Virus record (IMG/VR): IMGVR_UViG_3300034146_000006
Span: 1 to 46,420 of that record
Origin: a virus
Strand: one strand, 5' to 3'
DNA: 46,420 nucleotides
The notes below the pieces were generated by a model. It saw only the letters and a list, made by a program, of their open reading frames with translations, was not told the origin of the DNA and searched no databases. This document shows, one piece after another, positions 17,530 through 23,141 of this stretch; positions within the stretch are counted from its first letter, which is position 1, and each line of letters opens with the position of its first letter. The translations under genes were made by a program, and so were the position numbers.

Positions 17530-17868
17530 TTAGTCCGCGTCGAATGGTGTAGGCATTACCGGGAGCTTGAACGGCTTGTCTGCCGACTTTTTTGCCGGTG
17601 CCTTCTTTGCAGGTGCCACGTCGGTCGCCTTCGGAGCCTTAGCCGCCTTCTTTGCAGGTGCCGCCTTCGGAGCCTTCGGAGCCTTGGGTGCCTTCTTCGC
17701 GGGTGCCTCGATGCCCTTAGCCTTATCGCGCTGTAGCTTCAGGTAACCACCGATCTTGCCGGTGATCCGTTCTGAGTCCTCAGCCTTGATCTTTGGGTTA
17801 GCTTCTTTGAGTGCCGTCGCGATGATCTGCGCGTCTCGTTTGTCGAATGAAATTCTATCTACCGCCAT
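17530..17868 (-). CDS. Histone H1-like / AKP-repeat DNA-binding protein
   Basis: 112 aa. C-terminal half is PAKKAPKAPKAPKAAPAKKAAKAPKA...PAKKAPAKK. Confidence 0.8.
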   Translation of the reverse strand: MAVDRISFDKRDAQIIATALKEANPKIKAEDSERITGKIGGYLKLQRDKAKGIEAPAKKAPKAPKAPKAAPAKKAAKAPKATDVAPAKKAPAKKSADKPFKLPVMPTPFDAD

Positions 17869-17881
17869 TGTGTATTGGTGT

Positions 17882-17912
17882 GCGGTTTATACGTTCCCCG
17901 CTAAACGTCTTA
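17882..17912 (-). promoter_or_regulatory. Conserved early-gene upstream element, copy C
   Basis: Minus strand: TAAGACGTTTAGCGGGGAACGTATAAACCGC, with 17 nt between TATAAA and the ATG at 17868. Confidence 0.4.
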
Positions 17913-18326
17913 TTACCTCTTAACTTGATTCTTCAGCCAGTCCCACCAAGTTGTAACCTTTGGTGCCTTCGGTGGTATCTCCCACATAAGGTCTAGGTCT
18001 GCCTTGGATATAACGCGGAGAGGTTGACCATTCAGCACGAGAAAATCGCCTTCCAGAATCTCCGTATTGCCTTCGTTGAGTTTGATCCGGGTTACGCCTT
18101 TCGATTGCTCGATCGCGAAGCCTGCCACGAGGAATGCCCCGATCTGTGCCGCGTGCTGTAACGTACCGTCAAACAAAATACCGTCTAATGTTTTCCCCTT
18201 GATCGTTGTGAGAATTTCGTGTGGCACCCTCGGCGCTGTCGCTATTCTTGGTGCCGGTGTTGTCGCCCTGAAGAACGCGTTTACTGCCGCCTCGGATGCT
18301 TTGCGGGTTAGAAGTCCTTGCCTCAT
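17913..18326 (-). CDS. Hypothetical protein (137 aa)
   Basis: Co-oriented ORF coupled to the upstream gene (ATGA). Confidence 0.75.
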   Translation of the reverse strand: MRQGLLTRKASEAAVNAFFRATTPAPRIATAPRVPHEILTTIKGKTLDGILFDGTLQHAAQIGAFLVAGFAIEQSKGVTRIKLNEGNTEILEGDFLVLNGQPLRVISKADLDLMWEIPPKAPKVTTWWDWLKNQVKR

Positions 18327-18532
18327 TCCACCACCTCGCCACCGTGTTGGATGACTACTTTAATAGGTAGCTTGTTCCGTAGCGCCTTGATCTTGTCGTC
18401 GCGGAATACCTTGTCTAGCGCGTCTGTTGCCGCCGTCCTGATGCTCGAACCCTCGCCGGTTTTGGTGATGTAGCGTTGATGCGCGGGTGTGATGTTTGGG
18501 CACTCAGCCGTGATGATGATTTGATATTTCAT
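18323..18532 (-). CDS. Hypothetical protein (69 aa)
   Basis: Start moved to the ATG at 18532 (MKYQIIIT), which has SD GGGGGAG 5 nt upstream and an ATGA overlap with the micro-ORF. Confidence 0.7.
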   Translation of the reverse strand: MKYQIIITAECPNITPAHQRYITKTGEGSSIRTAATDALDKVFRDDKIKALRNKLPIKVVIQHGGEVVE

Positions 18533-18621
18533 TTGCTCCCCCTCTGATCCATCCAAGCGCCGACCAGTAACGGAAGAATGATCCCGGCGATGAACGGTGT
18601 AACTTCTAATAATGTAGTCAT
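18529..18621 (-). CDS. Micro-ORF, 30-aa membrane peptide
   Basis: ATGA overlaps at both ends. MTTLLEVTPFIAGIILPLLVGAWMDQRGSK. Confidence 0.45.
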   Translation of the reverse strand: MTTLLEVTPFIAGIILPLLVGAWMDQRGSK

Positions 18622-18938
18622 ACGCTTTGTGCCTCGTATGCCTGCCGCGCCTGCGCCTCGGTGTCGAATATGCCTATAGGATCATCACCGTCGAACGCAT
18701 CAAACCTGCCGTCCTCACGACTCGCGACGTTGAAACTGTCAGGCGTTAATTCGTCCTCGATTTTGTCCACAGCATAGACAACGAAGTCAGCATAAAAGCG
18801 CGTGATGCTCTCAGCGTCGAGGGATAACCAAACCGCGTCCCGTACCGTGTCGCGATCCCTAACGAATTGCAGAACCTCGCGCATACTTCCTAATCCTGCC
18901 TCGGTGCAGATTGCGTTTAAGTGTTCGTTGACTGTCAT
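18618..18938 (-). CDS. Acidic hypothetical protein (106 aa)
   Basis: By hand count, about 23 D/E against 9 K/R. Confidence 0.75.
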   Translation of the reverse strand: MTVNEHLNAICTEAGLGSMREVLQFVRDRDTVRDAVWLSLDAESITRFYADFVVYAVDKIEDELTPDSFNVASREDGRFDAFDGDDPIGIFDTEAQARQAYEAQSV

Positions 18939-18948
18939 TGTTAGTGGT

Positions 18949-18977
18949 GCCGGGTTATACGATCCCGGCGAACGTCC
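18949..18977 (-). promoter_or_regulatory. Conserved early-gene upstream element, copy B
   Basis: Minus strand: GGACGTTCGCCGGGATCGTATAACCCGGC. 26 nt are identical to copy A. Confidence 0.4.
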
Positions 18978-18992
18978 TCGGATGCCTTGGTG

Positions 18993-19940
18993 TTAGAGTG
19001 CCGGGTGCTGTGGTGCCTCAGCCGGTGCCGGGATAGTGCCTGCCGCGTTCGCCTCGGATGTCCATCGCATCTGATCCGCGATGGCGTTAATTTCCCCGTG
19101 CGTTATGGTGTGGCATCCGATTTCGATGTGTGCGGGTGTCAGGTTCCGCACGGTGAAACTGTCGAGGATGCGGCTACCGATGATCTGCGAATAATCGCCG
19201 GTCGCTAACGCTTGCTGTATGCCTTGCCACAGAGCACGTGCCGCGCCTAGTCCTATCTGTACACCCTGTGAAGTTTCGATCCGTCTTTCAACGTTATTGA
19301 TGCGCAGGTGTGAAAGACCGTCTGCCGTGTACAGGTGGTCGACCTCGCGCGCCCGGAACTTTTCAAGCCGGTCGGCGTCCTCGATTGCTCTCCGTGCCGC
19401 TTCTTCGCGTTTCGCTTTGTCCTGCGCCTTACGTTCTTTGGCAAAGATCGCGGTAGCCTCGGTGCCGTCTTTGATGGAGAACAATTTAGCTAAAGGCTTT
19501 GGGATTTTGTTTCCGGTCGCCTCAGCGTATTTGCGCGCGTTTTCGGCTAGGTCGGCGAGTGTGTCCAAGTAAATTATCGGTTTACGTGCCTTAGCGAGTT
19601 TGTCCAGTACGGGCTTACACTCGCGCTCAAATGCGCTAAATACATCGTTCGCGAATGTGCTCAGGCTAGGCACGCGGATTTGTGTGTAATGTGAAAGCGC
19701 GTGCCGGGCTTTGGACTGGTGTTTTGATGTGGTGTTACTCCACGTGCCGGTGTGGATGAGTACCACCGTCGCACCTGCCTTTGTCTCCACGTATCGTGCT
19801 ATCGGTTCGGCGTATGAGTATAGGGCGCCGTTGCGAAACGATACGGACGCGCTTTGACCTGACGCGGAGAACTTGACCGCATCAAAAAAGTTTGCAAAGG
19901 CGTGCACGCACGCATCTACCGACCTGTAATTCTTAGACAT
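18993..19940 (-). CDS. Hypothetical protein (315 aa)
   Basis: Long co-oriented ORF. Central Lys/Glu/Arg-rich helix and a C-terminal IGCHTITHGEI motif. No family recognised. Confidence 0.85.
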   Translation of the reverse strand: MSKNYRSVDACVHAFANFFDAVKFSASGQSASVSFRNGALYSYAEPIARYVETKAGATVVLIHTGTWSNTTSKHQSKARHALSHYTQIRVPSLSTFANDVFSAFERECKPVLDKLAKARKPIIYLDTLADLAENARKYAEATGNKIPKPLAKLFSIKDGTEATAIFAKERKAQDKAKREEAARRAIEDADRLEKFRAREVDHLYTADGLSHLRINNVERRIETSQGVQIGLGAARALWQGIQQALATGDYSQIIGSRILDSFTVRNLTPAHIEIGCHTITHGEINAIADQMRWTSEANAAGTIPAPAEAPQHPAL

Positions 19941-19954
19941 AATGTTTTCAGCTA

Positions 19955-19985
19955 TGCGGGTTATACGATCCCGGCGAACGTCTTA
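19955..19985 (-). promoter_or_regulatory. Conserved early-gene upstream element, copy A
   Basis: Minus strand: TAAGACGTTCGCCGGGATCGTATAACCCGCA, with 19 nt between TATAAC and the ATG at 19940. Confidence 0.4.
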
Positions 19986-20011
19986 AGGTGATGCGCTCCC
20001 AAATGCGCAGA

Positions 20012-20602
20012 TTAGAACCGGGGTGAACTGCCATCCTCTAAAAACTCATATTCGTTTGCCTCTATGGTTTCCTTTATCGCTTCATCGGATGTCTGATACC
20101 CCAATTCCTGTGACCACAGAACCCCGTACTCGTGCCCGATGTCCTTAGCGAACTCGTTTTCTAATTCCTCAATCTCATCCTCTACTTGGCTCAGACGTAA
20201 CTCGTTCTGTCGGGCTGACTCTTTATCACCCGCGTTCCATTCCTCGATCTCGTTCAGGCGGTCTAGTTGTTCCTCGCAACTATCTTTGAGCGTGTTTAGC
20301 GCCTGCCACTGGTCTAGGAATGTCTTAGCGATCCCGTGCGTTTTGCAGATGTCACCGTGGTTTGTGAGGATCGCTTTTGCTGTAGTCTCAGCATCCACGA
20401 GGAATACCCCGGCGCCATCTATAGGGTTATCGTTCAGCGTTTCGATCTTGAAGGACGCGCTTTCGCTTGCATCCTCTTTCATCGAATCGAAATGGTGTTG
20501 TGTGTCCTCGTAGACAAATTGCCGATGATGGTCGAGCGCCTTTTCCTGCGCTTCAGGTGTCAATTCATCGAACGTGAAAACCTTTACTTCGTGGACTCTC
20601 AT
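20012..20602 (-). CDS. Strongly acidic early protein (196 aa), candidate DNA mimic / anti-restriction (inference only)
   Basis: By hand count, about 47 D/E against 17 K/R. SD AAGAGGTAA upstream. Second sizeable gene of the early operon. Confidence 0.85.
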   Translation of the reverse strand: MRVHEVKVFTFDELTPEAQEKALDHHRQFVYEDTQHHFDSMKEDASESASFKIETLNDNPIDGAGVFLVDAETTAKAILTNHGDICKTHGIAKTFLDQWQALNTLKDSCEEQLDRLNEIEEWNAGDKESARQNELRLSQVEDEIEELENEFAKDIGHEYGVLWSQELGYQTSDEAIKETIEANEYEFLEDGSSPRF

Positions 20603-20615
20603 CTGTGTTTACCTC

Positions 20616-20882
20616 TTATGCTGTCTGGACTGTGCGCCGTTCTTCGTTCTGGAATGCAACCTCAAATAGTTGGCGGGTGTTTTCTGTGTGCGACTCGCTC
20701 AGGCGATCCATTGCGTGCCGGTGTGCTGTCACTGCTATCACCACATCCGGGCTAACTAGGTTGTTAGCGTTCTTCATTACATAGAACGTCCTGCGCGCTT
20801 CCCTCTGTGTGGCATCCGTCGCAAATGGATACTTGGACTGGATAACGTTCTCTATGGTGTTGGGTGTGTGCGTGGTGCTCAT
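20616..20882 (-). CDS. Hypothetical protein (88 aa)
   Basis: Co-oriented ORF at the head of the early operon. Confidence 0.75.
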   Translation of the reverse strand: MSTTHTPNTIENVIQSKYPFATDATQREARRTFYVMKNANNLVSPDVVIAVTAHRHAMDRLSESHTENTRQLFEVAFQNEERRTVQTA

Positions 20883-20959
20883 ATAAGGAATGCGAACCCG
20901 AAACTCAGGACTAATCCCGTAAAGGTTGCGAGTGTTACTAATAGTGAATAGCGCTTCAT
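20879..20959 (-). CDS. Micro-ORF, 26-aa hydrophobic peptide
   Basis: ATGA overlap with the gene starting at 20882. MKRYSLLVTLATFTGLVLSFGFAFLI. Its ATG lies inside a dispersed-motif copy. Confidence 0.35.
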   Translation of the reverse strand: MKRYSLLVTLATFTGLVLSFGFAFLI

Positions 20960-20973
20960 ACAGTGTATGCGTT
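20956..20973 (+). promoter_or_regulatory. Copy of dispersed motif (TCATACAGTGTATGCGTT)
   Basis: Shares the 12-mer TGTATGCGTTCT with the copy at 21086. Confidence 0.45.
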
Positions 20974-21085
20974 CTGTGGACGTGTGCCGGGCTAGTGAGG
21001 TTTACGCTTCGCTTCTTAGGTCTAGGCTACTCAGAACTCCCGAGTGTTGGTTAGTGTCTTTGTTACTAACCTACTCTAATAAGAA

Positions 21086-21103
21086 ATACACAATGTATGC
21101 GTT
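21086..21103 (+). promoter_or_regulatory. Copy of dispersed motif (ATACACAATGTATGCGTT)
   Basis: Intergenic hub. A weaker third copy, TGACACACCGTATGCGCT, lies at 21152-21169. Confidence 0.45.
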
Positions 21104-21189
21104 CTTTCAGAAAAACTTTGCTAGTTGTTTTCTGACTAACTGTAGGTAGACTGACACACCGTATGCGCTCTGTCAAGTCCTTTATTTTG

Positions 21190-21480
21190 AGGGCGCCGGG
21201 GTATGCTCGGTGGCAGGTGTGTGCCGTCCTATACGGTACGAGGGCGCAGGCTAGGGGTGTGATGTAGGTGAGGGCTTGGAGTGTGGACTGTGTGCGATCT
21301 TGGGGCGCGTGTGATGGTGTTATCTATGGCGTGCTCTGTCGTACGGTAGCAGGTGAACGGGCTAGGGTGTACTGGTGTGAGGGTGTACTGGTGAACTGGT
21401 ATGAGGGTGTTATGTACGGGCACACCACAAAGGATTGTACCTTGTAAGCACGCACGCTCAGTGTAGCAGGACGACACCAC
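21190..21480. repeat. G/T-rich (minus strand C/A-rich) non-coding block with GAGGG-type iterons
   Basis: AGGGTGTACTGGTG occurs at 21364-21377 and 21380-21393, with AGGGTGTTATGTAC at 21404. GAGGGCGC occurs twice and TACGGTA twice. By hand count, about 45% G and 12% C over 21241-21420. Confidence 0.7.
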
Positions 21481-21506
21481 TACAGGTTGTGGTCTGTGCT
21501 CTTGAC

Positions 21507-21525
21507 TGTAACAAAGTCTGTTACA
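21507..21525. promoter_or_regulatory. Operator-like palindrome TGTAACA-aagtc-TGTTACA preceded by TTGAC
   Basis: 7-bp perfect arms with a 5-bp spacer. Confidence 0.4.
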
Positions 21526-21670
21526 AAACCCGAAAGGTACTCCCTAGGGGTCTACACAGGGGGTGTCGCGCGACCGCACTCGGAAGTTAGTTGGGGTATT
21601 TTCCCGACTCTCCACCATTCGGGTGGGCAGGGGTGAGGAAGCCGAGTGGGTGCCGGGCGGCTCGATTCGG

Positions 21671-21963
21671 CTTTGTGACCGGGATCAGGTGGTTTTGTGT
21701 GGCGCATCGGTCACGCCAGAAGTTGTTGTGGAATTAGGGGTTTAGATGGGTTTCAAACTTTGTGACCCGGATGCCGACATAAACTTATAATATTGTGACT
21801 TTCCATCCAACCGGACGGTCACAACATACGAGGCTTATATACAAAAATCGGGTTACAAAGTCACCAAGAGAGAGAGAGAGAGACTAACTTATTATTATTA
21901 TTGGGTTTACAGGCTCCGTTAGTTGTAACCCTGCTAACCGAAATAGGGTTACACGAGGGTCAC
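21671..21963. repeat. Array of short repeats (TTGTGAC/GTCACAA and GGGTTACA/TGTAACCC families)
   Basis: CTTTGTGACCgGGAT (21671-21685) and CTTTGTGACCcGGAT (21758-21772). TTGTGAC at 21793 and GTCACAA at 21818. GTCAC at 21710, 21860 and 21959. GGGTTACA at 21850 and 21946, and TGTAACCC at 21924. Confidence 0.7.
21867..21902. repeat. Adjacent microsatellites (AG)8 and (TTA)4
   Basis: AGAGAGAGAGAGAGAGA at 21867-21883 and TTATTATTATTATT at 21889-21902, flanked by GGGTTACA sites. Confidence 0.9.
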
Positions 21964-22003
21964 ACAACGTGGTTGAACACGTAAGTCCCTTTTAAAGCGT
22001 CAT

Positions 22004-22363
22004 TTACGGCGTGACCCGGTTTTCGATGACGAAGCATTTGACCGTTTCTGCCCCTTGGCTGATTCGGGCAGTCCGAGAGGTCAGGCCGTGCCGAGGTAGG
22101 TTGACCCCTGCTTGCTTCGCGAAGCTCCGTAGCGCCGCAACCGGGATGTACGTGCGTTGCACTACCGCGTCCTCGATGTCGTATCGACCTGTGGCTTTCT
22201 CAGGCGAGTCGATCCAGAAGTTGTTAAGTGAGTCCTTGAAGCTGTAGTTGGGATGGGCGACCTTATAACGCTTGGCGAGATCACGTAAGAGTGCGTCGGC
22301 GTCCACCGGCTGATCGAGAGAAGCCAACACTGCGAGAGCGTACATCGTAAAGAGTTTTTCCAT
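22004..22363 (-). CDS. Small protein resembling the C-terminal domain of the primase-helicase; candidate regulator or origin-binding protein
   Basis: 119 aa. ALRSFAKQAGVN...RISQGAETVKCFVIE compares with primase LFNAYALEQGLD...RLAESANAVKCYVIP. Divergent from the late operon. Confidence 0.8.
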   Translation of the reverse strand: MEKLFTMYALAVLASLDQPVDADALLRDLAKRYKVAHPNYSFKDSLNNFWIDSPEKATGRYDIEDAVVQRTYIPVAALRSFAKQAGVNLPRHGLTSRTARISQGAETVKCFVIENRVTP

Positions 22364-22369
22364 ACTCTG

Positions 22370-22387
22370 AAAGCATACAACGAATCA
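22370..22387 (-). promoter_or_regulatory. Copy of dispersed motif on the minus strand (TGATTCGTTGTATGCTTT)
   Basis: Ends 6 nt upstream of the ATG at 22363. Faces the copy at 22410 within a 61-bp divergent intergenic region. Confidence 0.45.
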
Positions 22388-22409
22388 TTAGCGATTTCCA
22401 CCTGTTTCG

Positions 22410-22427
22410 TGCTACAATGTATGCGTG
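22410..22427 (+). promoter_or_regulatory. Copy of dispersed motif (TGCTACAATGTATGCGTG); extended -10-like, candidate late promoter
   Basis: TG-C-TACAAT, then 6 nt, then the GTG (22425) that opens the first plus-strand ORF. Confidence 0.45.
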
Positions 22428-23135
22428 TCGAAAGTGGATGTCACAGTATCAGGTGACATCGCCGGTGTAGCGACACTCCCCAAGCAAATCCAGTTCTCGG
22501 CTTACCGTACGACTAACGATCTTCTCGATCGGTCGCAGACGAACATCATCGGTGCTCTGAAGCGCGGTCTACACATCCGAGGCAACTGGACAAACCCGCG
22601 CACGAAGTTCGGAGTCAACGTCGTATACGCAAAGCGCACGAGCCTCGAAGGTCAGGTGGGCACGGCGGCAGACTGGTTGCTTGAGGAAGAAGGCTACAAC
22701 GACGGTGTGAAGAAGGTAGAGCGCGGCAACCGTGGTTCAGGGACTCACCTTGCGATCCCGGATGTCGGAAATGCGCGCCCCTCGTTGATGTCTAAGATGC
22801 CCCCAAGCCAGAAGGCAGGGAAGCTCTTGGCGAACACGAAGCGCACAAAGGCATTCAAGGTCAGATCGAAGTCCGGGAAGATGCTCATCCTTCAGCGCGT
22901 CGGCGAGTCCAAGAGTGGAGAACTGCTTCGTGACTCCCGTGGCAATCTACGCATCGGTCGGAGATCGGAGCGCGCCAAGACCAAGGTAGTACTCAAGGCA
23001 GTCCTTCAGCGAACCGTCCGCGTACCTGAGAAACGAATCTTCACGAAAACCGGCGTAAAGACGATGAATGCCAACCATTACGCGGACAGACTCGGCAAGA
23101 ATCTCATCATCGCATTCAAAACCGCCAAAAAGTAA
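22425..23135 (+). CDS. Basic hypothetical protein, first gene of the late arm
   Basis: 236 aa. GTG start at 22425, with an alternative GTG at 22434. No family recognised with confidence. Confidence 0.85.
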   Translation: MSKVDVTVSGDIAGVATLPKQIQFSAYRTTNDLLDRSQTNIIGALKRGLHIRGNWTNPRTKFGVNVVYAKRTSLEGQVGTAADWLLEEEGYNDGVKKVERGNRGSGTHLAIPDVGNARPSLMSKMPPSQKAGKLLANTKRTKAFKVRSKSGKMLILQRVGESKSGELLRDSRGNLRIGRRSERAKTKVVLKAVLQRTVRVPEKRIFTKTGVKTMNANHYADRLGKNLIIAFKTAKK

Positions 23136-23141
23136 TCAACG

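Noticed and set aside
21229-21480. 83-aa minus-strand ORF (also 20967-21149 plus and 21563-21745 plus) as protein-coding genes in the hub
   Set aside because: The translation is low complexity and internally repeated because it reads through the iterons (TLIPVHQYTLTPVHPSP). There is no SD, the base skew is extreme, and the starts are GTG or lie inside motif copies. I treat these as non-coding.
21502-21531. TTGACT at 21502 as the -35 of a plus-strand sigma70 promoter
   Set aside because: No acceptable -10 hexamer lies at 16-19 nt spacing (TACAAA lies at 14 nt). The palindrome it overlaps is reported as an operator-like site instead.
21540-21720. Possible tRNA/tmRNA or other classical structured RNA (D-loop-like TAGTTGGGGTA, T-loop-like GGCTCGATTCGGC)
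   Set aside because: I could not build a cloverleaf. There is no 7-bp acceptor stem, no GTTCRANYC T-loop with a 5-bp stem, and no anticodon arm at the correct spacing. Only isolated 5-7 bp stems are present.
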